This document shows positions 55,601 through 64,000 of a stretch of DNA of 64,000 nucleotides, piece after piece. The translations under genes and the position numbers were made by a program. This stretch comes from Bdellovibrionota bacterium (GTDB lineage: Bacteria; Bdellovibrionota_C; UBA2361; CAKMMH01). The stretch spans positions 2,205 through 66,204 of the forward strand of contig JAXFOK010000015.1 in the NCBI GenBank assembly GCA_034180415.1. The letters are read 5' to 3'. The notes beneath the pieces were generated by a model, which worked only from the letters and a program-made list of their open reading frames with translations, did no database searches and was not told the origin of the DNA. Every line of letters begins with the position of its first letter. The stretch's first letter is position 1.

Positions 55601-56181
55601 AATGAACGAATTTCCTCTGGAGAAATAACTTCAATTTTATTAATTTCGTGAGATGTTCTAAAGCCATCAAAAAAGTGCATAAAAGGAACTCTAGCTTTTA
55701 GAGTTGACATATGAGCAACCATTGCCATATCCATGCTTTCTTGAACTGAGCTTGAAGCTAACATTGCAAAACCAGTTTGTCTGCAAGCGTAAATATCACT
55801 ATGATCGCCAAATATTGAAAGAGCGTGAGTTGCAAGAGTTCTTGCTGCTACATGGAAAACTGCTGATGTAAGCTCACCTGCAATTTTGTACATATTTGGG
55901 ATCATTAAAAGAAGCCCTTGAGATGCGGTAAAAGTTGTACTTAATGCTCCTGCTTGAAGTGCTCCGTGAACTGCACCTGCTGCACCTCCTTCACTTTGCA
56001 TTTCGTAAACTCTAGGAACTGTTCCGAAAACATTTTTAACATTTTTGGCACTCCAGCTATCTGAATGTTCTCCCATAGGAGAAGATGGAGTAATTGGGTA
56101 AATAGCAATTACCTCACTTAAATTAAACGCCACATGAGCAGCAGCCTCATTAGCATCCATGATTGCTTTTTGATTAGTCAT
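52654..56181 (-). CDS. nifJ: Pyruvate:ferredoxin (flavodoxin) oxidoreductase, single-chain (NifJ/PFOR)
   Basis: 1175 aa. Two 4Fe-4S ferredoxin motifs (CIQCGKCSIVCPHA, CTGCGLCVENCP). TPP-binding C-terminal domain (GGDGWAYDIGYGG). Characteristic N-terminus MTNQKAIMDANEAAAHVAF. Confidence 0.95.
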   Translation of the reverse strand: MTNQKAIMDANEAAAHVAFNLSEVIAIYPITPSSPMGEHSDSWSAKNVKNVFGTVPRVYEMQSEGGAAGAVHGALQAGALSTTFTASQGLLLMIPNMYKIAGELTSAVFHVAARTLATHALSIFGDHSDIYACRQTGFAMLASSSVQESMDMAMVAHMSTLKARVPFMHFFDGFRTSHEINKIEVISPEEIRSLIDIKDVIAHRERGLSPDRPFIRGTAQNADVFFQSREAANVYYQKTPEIVKEAMKKLEKVTGRHYDLYDYYGAKDAERILILMGSGAETTEEVVDYMSSKMGEKVGVLKVHLFRPFSVKDFIDAIPTTVKSIAVLDRTKEAGSLGEPLYLDTVAAFAETDRKVKIIGGRYGLSSKEFTPAMIKAVFDELKKDTPKNHFTVGITDDLTNTSLTYDPNFRTEDESTFRGIFIGLGSDGTVGANKNSIKIIGNETDNYTQGYFVYDSKKSGGLTKSHLRFGKNKIRSIYLIDHANFVACHQFSFVEKLDVLKEAAKGATFLLNAPYEADEVWDKLPRELQQEIIDKDIQFYSINAYDVALKNGMGTRTNTIMQTCFFAIANILPKDEAIEKIKAAIKKTFGKKGDEVVQKNYKVVDESLVHLHKIDYPKQVTSTITRRQVVSDKAPEFVKKVIAPMMAFEGESLKTSDLPADGTFPSATTKWEKRAIALSVPEWDPETCIQCGKCSIVCPHAVIRMKAYSEDKLKNAPAGFKSADIKDKTFPEGTKFTLQLSCEDCTGCGLCVENCPAKSKKVEGGKALNFVPFEPIRKQEVECWDFFNTIDYTDRNKVQHNTVKGSQLLEPLFEFSGACQGCGETPYIKLVTQLFGDRMLVANATGCSSIYGGNLPTTPYAKNKDGRGPAWANSLFEDNAEFGLGFRLTVDKKNAQAKELLEALKDKAGSALVEEILTASQSTEEEINAQRERVAKLKDALKNDSSDEALELVSLADYLVKKSVWIFGGDGWAYDIGYGGLDHVLASGQNVNVLLLDTEVYSNTGGQMSKSTPTGAVAQFAAAGKSTGKKDIGLHAMSYKNVYVASISLGANDAHAVKALLEAENYDGPSLIICYAHCIAHGIDLRNGLNEQKKAVNSGHWLLYRYNPENAKEGKNPLTLDSKEPSIPLSDYIYGENRYKMLVKSNPERAEELAKIAQENVNARYDYYKKLANL

Positions 56182-56272
56182 ATATATATTCCTTTTAATA
56201 AAACACGCTCATACGCTTTAATTGTTTAAATTAGAGCGTATGAAACTAAAAACTATGTATAAAATTTTTTAT

Positions 56273-56971
56273 TTATTTGAAGTCTAGAAGTTCAACTTCA
56301 AAGATTAAAAGAGAGTTTGGCTCGATTGCAGCGCCTGCACCGTTTTCTCCATAAGCAAGTTCTGGCTTAATGTAAAACTTAAATTTTGAGCCTTTATTCA
56401 TAAGCTGAACACCTTCTGTCCACCCTGGGATTACACCGCTAAGAGGAAATTCGATAGGTTCATTTCTCTTATAAGAGCTATCAAATTCTTTTCCATCAAT
56501 TGTTGTTCCCTTATAGTGAACTTTTACAGTGTTATCTTTTGTAGGTTTTGCACCTTGTCCTTCTTGTAAGATTTCGTATTGAAGCCCTGAAGCTGTCTCT
56601 TTAACATTTTTATTTTTCTTGTTTTCTTCTAAGAATTTTTTTGCGGCTTCTAAGTTTTTAGTTTTCATTTCTTCTATCATTTTTGTCTGATTTTCACGAA
56701 GTTTTGTGCTAACTCTATCTCTAATTTCATTCATCTCGTCTTCTGTAAGAGCAAGCTCTTTTCCATCAAATGCGTCATTTAACCCCTTTAAAAAGAAATC
56801 CTTGTTAATTTCCATAGGGATTGCTTTTAAAGATTGCATAGTGTTTACGCCAACCATATAGCTAAATTTTTCTTCATCTGTATTCAATTTTATCTCCTTT
56901 TTATCGTTTAGACCTTTATTACAAGCAAATAGTAATAAGGTGGCAGTAAGTAAAACTAGTGTTTTTTTCAT
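56273..56971 (-). CDS. FKBP-type peptidyl-prolyl cis-trans isomerase lipoprotein (FkpA/FklB-like)
   Basis: Lipoprotein signal (LLFAC). N-terminal dimerisation helix. C-terminal FKBP domain (VKVHYKGTTIDGKEFDSSY ... GVIPGWTEGVQLMNKGSKFKFYIKPELAYG). Confidence 0.85.
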   Translation of the reverse strand: MKKTLVLLTATLLLFACNKGLNDKKEIKLNTDEEKFSYMVGVNTMQSLKAIPMEINKDFFLKGLNDAFDGKELALTEDEMNEIRDRVSTKLRENQTKMIEEMKTKNLEAAKKFLEENKKNKNVKETASGLQYEILQEGQGAKPTKDNTVKVHYKGTTIDGKEFDSSYKRNEPIEFPLSGVIPGWTEGVQLMNKGSKFKFYIKPELAYGENGAGAAIEPNSLLIFEVELLDFK

Positions 56972-57103
56972 TATTAAAACTCCTTTAAAAAAGAATTTAC
57001 TTTAAGTATTCTAATAAGTTATATATTACTATATTTAAAAAAAGATAAAAATAGCTTGAAATGAAAATCGCAACTTTTGATTAAAGCAGGAGAAGATAGA
57101 AAA

Positions 57104-57418
57104 TTAGCCTTTAAAAGCCTTATTTTTTAATATTTCATAAATTACATCCATATTATCATTTTCTGAAATTTTATTTAGTTTTTGTGTGCCACATTTTATG
57201 CACTCATGTAAAATGTACTCTTTTCCGTTTTTTTTAATAAAATCAATAGGTTCCATAAGCCCTTTACAAGGGTTATCGCGATCCCCTGGGTTAATATCTA
57301 CGTGTTTTGAGTAAAGGCACTTTGGGCAATGATTTGTAAATCCATTTCCTTTGACAAATTCCCCACAATTTTCGCATGTAAAATCTTCGATGTATTTTGT
57401 AAATAGTTGTTTTTTCAT
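57104..57418 (-). CDS. RNHCP-domain zinc-ribbon protein
   Basis: FTCENCGEFV ... FTNHCPKCLYSKH ... CIKCG. Spacing of Cys/His ligands matches the RNHCP family. Confidence 0.6.
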   Translation of the reverse strand: MKKQLFTKYIEDFTCENCGEFVKGNGFTNHCPKCLYSKHVDINPGDRDNPCKGLMEPIDFIKKNGKEYILHECIKCGTQKLNKISENDNMDVIYEILKNKAFKG

Positions 57419-57633
57419 GATATTTAAATGAAATGAAAAAATTTTTTATTATTTTATTTTATTTAGCTAAAAAAGTGAAGCATTTTCATATTGTGTGACG
57501 ATTTAGGAATGAGAAGTAGTATGAGGTTTAATATAATAAATTTTGCAAATTTGATTTGAATATGAGAGGTTTTAGTATTAATATATTTCTAATTATATAA
57601 AATTAGTTTAAAAAATTTGGAGAACATTAATTC

Positions 57634-58326
57634 ATGGTAAAGATTGCAAAGCAACCAACAATTACAAATACTAAAACACAAAAAATCGATCCTAAAGATA
57701 CCGAGTATTCTATAAGAAATAATAGTGATCTTAATATTTCGGTTTCGGTTGGTAAAAAAGAAGAACCTCGAAAAGTTGAGACTAAGATAGCAAGAGATAG
57801 GGAAAATATAAATAATCAACAAAGACTTGATACAGAACGCGCAAATAGAACTAATATCAATGTTAAAAACCAAGAGACTCAGAATCAGCAAAAATCTATT
57901 ACGGTAGATGCAGCAAGTAATTCTGTTTCAAAAAATGAAAACATTGAAGCTTCAAATTCAGTATCAAAAAACGAGACAATTAAAGCATCAAATTCGCTTG
58001 AAGGTGAAGTTAACTTTAAAATAGAAGTTGATGATTCTTTAACAGTATCAGTAGATCCTAAAAAGTTACAAAGAAATGATGTTGTAATTGAAGGAAAAGT
58101 TTATAAGTTAAAAGATTTTACTTTACCTAAAACTGATCCAGATGCGATAACTATTAGTGTCGATATGATACGTGGGCTTGCAAAAAAATTTTTAAATATT
58201 TCTATAGGTGGAGGCGATAGTTATGTAGCGCAAGCTAAATTAAAAGGGAGCGTTTCTAGTTTGTATGGTAGTGAAATGCATAAAAGTAATAAAAAAGAAC
58301 CTGATCTTATTATTATGGCTTCTTAA
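57634..58326 (+). CDS. Hypothetical protein (230 aa) with a basic N-terminal region and a short tandem repeat
   Basis: Repeats ASNSVSKNENIE / ASNSVSKNETIK. No motif recognised. The overlapping minus ORF 57589..57891 is rejected. Confidence 0.4.
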   Translation: MVKIAKQPTITNTKTQKIDPKDTEYSIRNNSDLNISVSVGKKEEPRKVETKIARDRENINNQQRLDTERANRTNINVKNQETQNQQKSITVDAASNSVSKNENIEASNSVSKNETIKASNSLEGEVNFKIEVDDSLTVSVDPKKLQRNDVVIEGKVYKLKDFTLPKTDPDAITISVDMIRGLAKKFLNISIGGGDSYVAQAKLKGSVSSLYGSEMHKSNKKEPDLIIMAS

Positions 58327-58392
58327 TATTTAATTTAGTATTTAATGCTAAAGTTTTTTCTTTTTTAGGATTTTATAAAGGTATTTTTAATA

Positions 58393-58788
58393 ATGACGCT
58401 TGGAACATATAAACAAGATATATTTGATTTAGAGATACAGGCGTGGTGCTACGGATTAAAAAATTACCCTGGCCAAATCAATACAGATTTAGTGGCTGCA
58501 GTGTTAAATGAAGTTGCGCCCTGTTTCAAAGAGGCATTAAAAGCAAATTTACAATTTAGAGTTGTTGATATTGCTGAACAATTTGTCGAAGCTAGCCATT
58601 ATGTAGTAGATCATTACACAATCACAAAGTTAATATGTCAAAGTTTTCCAAATCCTAATGATTTATCAGACGATATGGACGAGTTATATTTAATTGCAAA
58701 TATACTTGATGAAATCGAAGGTCAATATGTGGGATTTCATACAGTAATGGAAAATTATTGGAGTAATACTTCAAAAAGTGCTGCTTAA
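58393..58788 (+). CDS. Hypothetical acidic protein (131 aa)
   Basis: ORF with a plausible start. No motif. Confidence 0.4.
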   Translation: MTLGTYKQDIFDLEIQAWCYGLKNYPGQINTDLVAAVLNEVAPCFKEALKANLQFRVVDIAEQFVEASHYVVDHYTITKLICQSFPNPNDLSDDMDELYLIANILDEIEGQYVGFHTVMENYWSNTSKSAA

Positions 58789-58955
58789 AAATTTCTTCCT
58801 TGTCAATCTTACCATATATAACCTATTAATTTTTATTACAATCAATTACGAATAATTATTACTAAAACTATTTGAAGCTATTTTTTCAATATAAACATCT
58901 AATTATCAAGTAAAGTTTGTATTTATAAAGTTTTATTTTAGGGTGTAGTTTTAAA

Positions 58956-59261
58956 GTGGCAAAAAGTAGTGAATTTTCAGAAAATTATTATGTTAAAGAA
59001 TTCTTAACTTATTATGCTGGTTTTCTTGCAAATTTAACAGAAGACATGAAAAAAGAAGCTGATGAAAATTTAAATGAATTATGTTTAATTGATGAGAAAG
59101 CTAAGAATTTATTAACCACTCCCGTTTATACAAAGTTTAAAAAGAAAAAATCAAACTTAATAAAATCTTTTAATGAAAAATTATTACAGAATATAGACGA
59201 TAAAAAAGTTTTAAAGTCGCTTGATGTAGCAAAAGAATCACTTGAAAAATTTAATATTTAA
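58956..59261 (+). CDS. Hypothetical protein (101 aa)
   Basis: ORF. No motif. Confidence 0.35.
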   Translation: MAKSSEFSENYYVKEFLTYYAGFLANLTEDMKKEADENLNELCLIDEKAKNLLTTPVYTKFKKKKSNLIKSFNEKLLQNIDDKKVLKSLDVAKESLEKFNI

Positions 59262-59274
59262 TTTGGGGATAAAA

Positions 59275-59646
59275 ATGTTATTAGCTTATACATACAATTA
59301 TAATATTAGACAAGATAAGCCATTTTTAGCAATAATGCCTGATTTGGCAATCGATAGATTGGCACTTCCTGTACCAATTGATAAATTAGCGATTTCAGAT
59401 GTTGCGATTTTTTATGTGAGTAATCAAGAAGCAGTTACAGTTAGAAAAGAAGATAATGGTCTAGTTATAAAACCACTTTCTGGGCAAAATCTTTACATAA
59501 CAACAAACCTGGCAGATCGCCCTGGTGTTTCGGCAAGAGAATTGAAAATTATAAGAGATCCTAAAACTTCAGCGTATATTTGTAATTATAAAAAAGAAAA
59601 AGATACGACTTGGAGGGAATGGACACCATATGCAGTACAATTATAA
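59275..59646 (+). CDS. Hypothetical protein (about 123 aa)
   Basis: The track start (59242) overlaps the previous gene. The ATG at 59275 is preceded by ggggataaaa (RBS), lies just after the upstream stop, and is preferred. Confidence 0.35.
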   Translation: MLLAYTYNYNIRQDKPFLAIMPDLAIDRLALPVPIDKLAISDVAIFYVSNQEAVTVRKEDNGLVIKPLSGQNLYITTNLADRPGVSARELKIIRDPKTSAYICNYKKEKDTTWREWTPYAVQL

Positions 59647-59773
59647 ATATTTTATAAGTTCCTTTTAATACTATGTAAAATTTTTATTAAAAAATCTTGA
59701 ATTTTGTCTATTGATGGTTACTTTTCAAATATGCAGAAGACGTATTAAGATAAAATTTTAGGGTTTATGTAAA

Positions 59774-60814
59774 GTGGAATATCAAGATTATTATAAAACA
59801 TTAGGAGTCGATAGAAAGGCAACAAGCGCTGAAATTACAAAGGCGTATAGAGCGCTAGCAAGAAAGTACCATCCGGATGTAAATAAGGAAAAAGGAGCTG
59901 AAGAAAAGTTTAAACAGATAAATGAAGCCTACGAGGTCTTAAAAGATCCCGAAAAAAGAAAACTTTACGATTCACTTGGCTCAAACTGGAAAGCAGGGCA
60001 GCAATTTGGTGGATTTGATGGTGCGAATTTTGGTGGGGGAGCTAATGGGGGGTTTAGTGAAGCCTTTAAAAGCTTTATGGGAGGAGCTGGAAAAGCCCAA
60101 GGAAATCGTACTACTTATAGGACATCTACTAATTTTGATACAGGTACTTTTAGCGATTTTTTTAGCACCCTTTTTGGAGGAGGTGGCTTCTCGGAAGGGT
60201 TTGGGGGGGGAGTCCACTCAGATATTTTCTCAAATATGAGCGGGTTCTCTGCTTCAAGACAAGGGTGTAACGCGTCAAATTTTAATGCAGCTCAAAGTGA
60301 AAAAAGTCAAGATTTTGACATCACAATAACAGCTAAGGAATGCATCTTAGGGACTGAAAAAATCTTAAATATATCAAAAGGTAGTGTTAATAAAAAGCTT
60401 AAAATAAAGATTCCAAAAGGTACGACGCAAGGAAAATTTATTCAAATAAAAGATAAGGAACTAGGTACTATAAAAATAAAAGTTAATGTTATAGATGACG
60501 CAAATATTTCTATTAAAGGAAAAGATATTTATTTAACAGTACCTGTTGAATGCTATGAAGCTGTACTTGGAACAACGCTTGAGTTTAATTCATTCTTTGG
60601 AAAGATAAATGTAAAACTTCCAGAAGGCTCTAGTAGTGGTGCAAAGTTAAAGCTAAAAGGAAAGGGGCTTGAAGGTAAAGATGGTGCGGGAGATTTATAT
60701 ATTGTTATTCAAATAAAAGTTTCAAAAGGCTTAAGTAAAGAACAAAAGGAGCTTTACAAACAATTAGAGAAAATTTCTGAAAATCAAAGTAAAAAAGAGA
60801 GGATATCATTATGA
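59774..60814 (+). CDS. DnaJ-family co-chaperone lacking the zinc-finger domain (CbpA-like curved-DNA-binding protein)
   Basis: J domain with HPD (YHPDVNK). Gly/Phe-rich linker. C-terminal CTD I/II beta domains. No CxxCxGxG repeats. GTG start. The stop overlaps the clpB start (ATGA). Confidence 0.8.
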   Translation: MEYQDYYKTLGVDRKATSAEITKAYRALARKYHPDVNKEKGAEEKFKQINEAYEVLKDPEKRKLYDSLGSNWKAGQQFGGFDGANFGGGANGGFSEAFKSFMGGAGKAQGNRTTYRTSTNFDTGTFSDFFSTLFGGGGFSEGFGGGVHSDIFSNMSGFSASRQGCNASNFNAAQSEKSQDFDITITAKECILGTEKILNISKGSVNKKLKIKIPKGTTQGKFIQIKDKELGTIKIKVNVIDDANISIKGKDIYLTVPVECYEAVLGTTLEFNSFFGKINVKLPEGSSSGAKLKLKGKGLEGKDGAGDLYIVIQIKVSKGLSKEQKELYKQLEKISENQSKKERISL

Positions 60815-63444
60815 TAAACTTTAATAATTATACTGTAAAAGCAAGAGAGTGTTTTGAGCTTGCACAAAAAACTTTAGCTAGGATGTCACATCAGCAACTT
60901 TCAGTAGAACATCTTTTTTATGCAATGCTTGAACAAAATGAAGATATTATAAAAGATATTTTTGAAAATAATAAAATTAATATTAAGTCTTTAAAAAGTG
61001 ACACGCAGAAACTATTGGACAGAATTCCAAGTGTTAGAGGTGTTACTCAAGAACTTGATAAGGTGTATGTTACACAAGAACTTCAAAAAGTTTTTCTTGA
61101 AGCTGAGAATGTAAAATTAAGATTTAAAGATGAATATGTATCATTAGAACATATTTTACTTGCTATTTTTGAGGTTGAAAATCCAGTAAAGGAACTTTTA
61201 AAAAGTAAAGGATTAGATCAAAATAAAATTTTACTTTCCCTTGAAACAATAAGAGGAAATCAAAAGATTACTTCTGATAATCCTGAAAGCACGTATAACG
61301 CACTTAAAAAATACGGAAGAGATTTACTAGAAGAAGCCAAAAGAAATAAACTAGAGCCAATTATAGGGCGTGATGAAGAGATAAGACGTGCTATACAAAT
61401 TCTTTCAAGAAAAACTAAAAATAATCCTGTGCTTATTGGTGAACCAGGTGTCGGTAAGACTGCAATTGTTGAAGGGCTAGCTCAAAGAATTCTTAATAAA
61501 GAAGTTCCTGAGAGTTTAAAAAATAAAACAATCTTTGCTCTTGATATGGGAGCACTTGTCGCAGGAGCTAAATATAGAGGTGAATTTGAAGAGAGGTTAA
61601 AAGCAGTTTTAACTGAAGTTAAAAAATCAAATGGTAATATTATTTTATTTATAGATGAACTTCACTTAATAGTTGGTGCTGGAAAAACAGATGGTGCAAT
61701 GGATGCAGGAAATATGCTAAAACCAATTCTTGCTCGTGGTGAACTTCACTGTATTGGTGCTACGACTCTTGATGAGTATAGGCAATACATTGAAAAAGAC
61801 AAGGCACTAGAAAGACGTTTTCAGCCAATTATTGTAAAAGAGCCAAGCATTGAAGATACAATTTCAATCTTAAGAGGTATAAAAGATAGATACGAACTTC
61901 ATCATGGAGTTATGATAAAAGACTCTGCATTAATAAGTGCAGCTAAGATGTCTGCTAGATATATTGGAGATCGATATTTACCTGATAAAGCAATCGATTT
62001 GGTTGATGAAGCTTGTGCAAGAATTAGAACTGATATCGATTCTATGCCTTATGAACTTGAGGAGGTAAATAGAAAAATAATTGAACTTCAAATTGAGGAG
62101 GCTGCACTAAAAAGAGAAACAGAAACTGATAATCAAATAAGATTACAAGAAATTAAAAAAGAACTTGTAGAATATAAAGAAAAGTTTACAAAATTAAATT
62201 CTCAGTGGAGTACTGAAAAAACTATAATTTCTGAGGTTAGAGAAATTAAGAAAGAAATTGAGAATGTAAAATTTGAAATTGAAAATGCACAGCGTGCTTA
62301 CGATTTAAATAAAGTTGCTAAACTTCAACACGGTACTTTGCCTGAGCTTAAAGCTAAGTTAAAAGAAAAAGAAGCACAAATTGAAAACTTCGATACTAAG
62401 CTTTTAAGAGAAACAGTAGGTGAAGAAGAAATCGCAAATGTAGTTTCTAAATGGACAGGTATTCCACTAGATAGACTTATAGAAACTGAAAGACAAAAAC
62501 TTTTAAAATTAGAAGAAAGACTTCATAAGCGAGTTATAGGACAAGATGAAGCTGTAACACTTGTTTCAAATGCAATAATTAGAGCAAGAAGTGGTATAAA
62601 AGACCCGCAAAAGCCAATAGGAAGTTTTATGTTTTTAGGCTCAACTGGTGTTGGTAAAACTGAGCTTGCAAAAGCACTTGCTGAATGTTTGTTTGATAGT
62701 GATAAAAATATTGTAAGAATTGATATGAGTGAATATATGGAAGCTCATACGGTTTCAAGGCTTATTGGTGCGCCTCCAGGATACATTGGTTTTGATGAAG
62801 GAGGACAACTTACCGAGGCTGTAAGAAGAAACCCATATTCAATTGTGCTTTTTGATGAAATTGAAAAAGCACATAGTGATGTTTTAAATATTTTACTTCA
62901 AGTATTAGATGATGGGCGTTTAACAGATTCAACAGGTAAGCTTGTTGATTTTACAAATACAATTGTAATTATGACATCTAATTTTGGAGCAGAATACTTA
63001 ACTGAAGTTATAAATGGAAATGGTTCTTTAGATGAAGCGAAAGATAATTTAACAAAGAGTTTAAGGACTAAGTTTAAACCTGAGTTTTTAAATAGGATTG
63101 ATGAAATTATAGTCTTTAATCCATTAACTAAAAATGAAGTTCTTGCGATCGTTGATAAGATTTTAAATGAAACGAGAAAACGTTTAAAGGAAATGGACTT
63201 ACTTTTGGATGTATCACAAGGTGCCAAAGAATATATTGCCAGGGTTGCTTTTGATCCAATATATGGTGCTAGGCCAATAAAGAGATATATTCAAAATACG
63301 CTTGAAACACTTATTGCTAAAACACTTATTAAAGAATCAGTTCCTAAAGGTGCTACGCTTTGTGTTCTTCTTAAAAATAATAATGGAGATAATGCTAACA
63401 ATACAGAAGATATGCTAGAAGTCGTAGTAAGATTAGAGAATTAA
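60811..63444 (+). CDS. clpB: Chaperone disaggregase ClpB
   Basis: 877 aa. Two AAA+ modules ([32 protein letters not shown]). Long middle coiled-coil domain (present in ClpB, absent from ClpA). N-terminal Clp_N repeats. Confidence 0.95.
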   Translation: MINFNNYTVKARECFELAQKTLARMSHQQLSVEHLFYAMLEQNEDIIKDIFENNKINIKSLKSDTQKLLDRIPSVRGVTQELDKVYVTQELQKVFLEAENVKLRFKDEYVSLEHILLAIFEVENPVKELLKSKGLDQNKILLSLETIRGNQKITSDNPESTYNALKKYGRDLLEEAKRNKLEPIIGRDEEIRRAIQILSRKTKNNPVLIGEPGVGKTAIVEGLAQRILNKEVPESLKNKTIFALDMGALVAGAKYRGEFEERLKAVLTEVKKSNGNIILFIDELHLIVGAGKTDGAMDAGNMLKPILARGELHCIGATTLDEYRQYIEKDKALERRFQPIIVKEPSIEDTISILRGIKDRYELHHGVMIKDSALISAAKMSARYIGDRYLPDKAIDLVDEACARIRTDIDSMPYELEEVNRKIIELQIEEAALKRETETDNQIRLQEIKKELVEYKEKFTKLNSQWSTEKTIISEVREIKKEIENVKFEIENAQRAYDLNKVAKLQHGTLPELKAKLKEKEAQIENFDTKLLRETVGEEEIANVVSKWTGIPLDRLIETERQKLLKLEERLHKRVIGQDEAVTLVSNAIIRARSGIKDPQKPIGSFMFLGSTGVGKTELAKALAECLFDSDKNIVRIDMSEYMEAHTVSRLIGAPPGYIGFDEGGQLTEAVRRNPYSIVLFDEIEKAHSDVLNILLQVLDDGRLTDSTGKLVDFTNTIVIMTSNFGAEYLTEVINGNGSLDEAKDNLTKSLRTKFKPEFLNRIDEIIVFNPLTKNEVLAIVDKILNETRKRLKEMDLLLDVSQGAKEYIARVAFDPIYGARPIKRYIQNTLETLIAKTLIKESVPKGATLCVLLKNNNGDNANNTEDMLEVVVRLEN

Positions 63445-63517
63445 TAATGTTGGATTTATGAAGCATGCGTTGTCAAGGGCTATAGTAGAAGTACGAACGT
63501 ATGGCGGGCCGAGTGAT

Positions 63518-63560
63518 ACTTGAAAAGCAAAGCTTTTCAAGGGAACTCGGTTGTCTTTTT
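63518..63560 (+). terminator. Intrinsic terminator after clpB
   Basis: cttgaaaagc-aaa-gcttttcaag hairpin, followed downstream by ttgtcttttt. Confidence 0.5.
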
Positions 63561-63831
63561 ATCATCTTTTCTATCCATTAATTTTAAAAGCTTTTTAATT
63601 TGTTGTCTTTATTATTTATTTTACATTTATAGTTCATTCATTATTTACTTTACTGAAACAAAACAAAAGCTTAAAACATCATACTAATAAAGGATCAGGG
63701 TATTATTTTCCTTGGATACATAAAGTTAATTTATTTTAGAGGTAATAGTATGCTGAACCATTCATCAATTTTATCAATTATTAAAAGCTTATACATATAT
63801 ATTAATTGAGCATAATTTTCATCTTTAATGA

Positions 63832-64000
63832 AAGTGCATATTCAGCTGTAATGCAAAGTCAGGACAAACATGTAATGATGATAGAGAATGTTGCGGTGGG
63901 GCTTGCATGTATGATAATTAAGGTAATAAAGTTTGTAGTTTGCTTTTATGTCAATATGGTACACCTTGTAATAATGACAGTGATTGTGCTACAGGAATAC
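63832..64000 (+). pseudogene. Tandem Cys-rich (knottin/conotoxin-like) peptide units with no start codon and an internal in-frame stop; possibly a disrupted secreted-peptide gene running off the window
   Basis: Translation KCIFSCNAKSGQTCNDDRECCGGACMYDN* then GNKVCSLLLCQYGTPCNNDSDCATGI... in the same frame. The Cys spacing is repeated between units. A 19-codon ORF with a good RBS (63750..63809) lies upstream in a different frame. Confidence 0.25.

Noticed and set aside
57589-57891. 100-aa minus-strand ORF upstream of and overlapping the 57634 gene
   Set aside because: The translation is hydrophobic and low-complexity, spans an AT-rich promoter region, and overlaps a better plus-strand gene. 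It is likely spurious.

Overview
The window is about 64 kb of a very AT-rich (roughly 30% GC) bacterial chromosome read with the standard genetic code. Lipobox lipoproteins, a SPOR domain, an Amidase_3 cell-wall amidase and an outer-membrane barrel fragment point to a diderm organism. A Hanks-type kinase, a PP2C phosphatase and Asp/Cys-rich repeats suggest a Bdellovibrionota- or Myxococcota-like lineage, but that is only a guess.

The conserved backbone genes are miaB, mutS, a cell-wall amidase, dprA, a cysteine desulfurase, ruvB, an NtrY-like sensor kinase, yacG, trmD, rpsP, ffh, a pyruvate:ferredoxin oxidoreductase (nifJ/PFOR), an FKBP isomerase, a CbpA-like J-protein and clpB.

Between them sit the less ordinary regions:
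1. A Tad/Flp pilus operon (tadZ, flp, cpaB, tadA/cpaF, tadB, tadC). Unusually, it ends with a full-length FlhA/SctV-family (FHIPEP) export-gate paralog that is translationally coupled to a membrane pseudokinase with a repeat domain. The flp pilin gene is missing from the ORF track.
2. A eukaryote-like phospho-signalling cluster: a PP2C phosphatase, an FHA-like protein, an orphan FliN/SpoA protein, and a Ser/Thr kinase fused to a response-regulator receiver domain.
3. A 769-aa secreted protein built from Cys-bounded, Asp-rich, calcium-binding-type repeats, directly upstream of the Tad locus.
4. At least four families of structured palindromic intergenic repeats, almost always placed just after stop codons. 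Two of them form tandem arrays, and the terminal stems carry compensatory base changes between copies.
5. An accessory-like, partly decayed stretch (about 45.4–52.5 kb) with a secreted Cys-rich protein, a nucleotidyltransferase-fold protein, a GC-anomalous gene with a perfect 13-bp operator-like inverted repeat, a GC-rich terminator-ended candidate sRNA, and a Fic protein with a non-canonical active-site motif.
6. Four small unknown genes between an RNHCP-domain gene and cbpA-clpB.

I recognised no rRNA, tRNA, CRISPR array, transposase or integrase by eye. All calls rest on motif recognition from the translated ORFs. No database search was possible.
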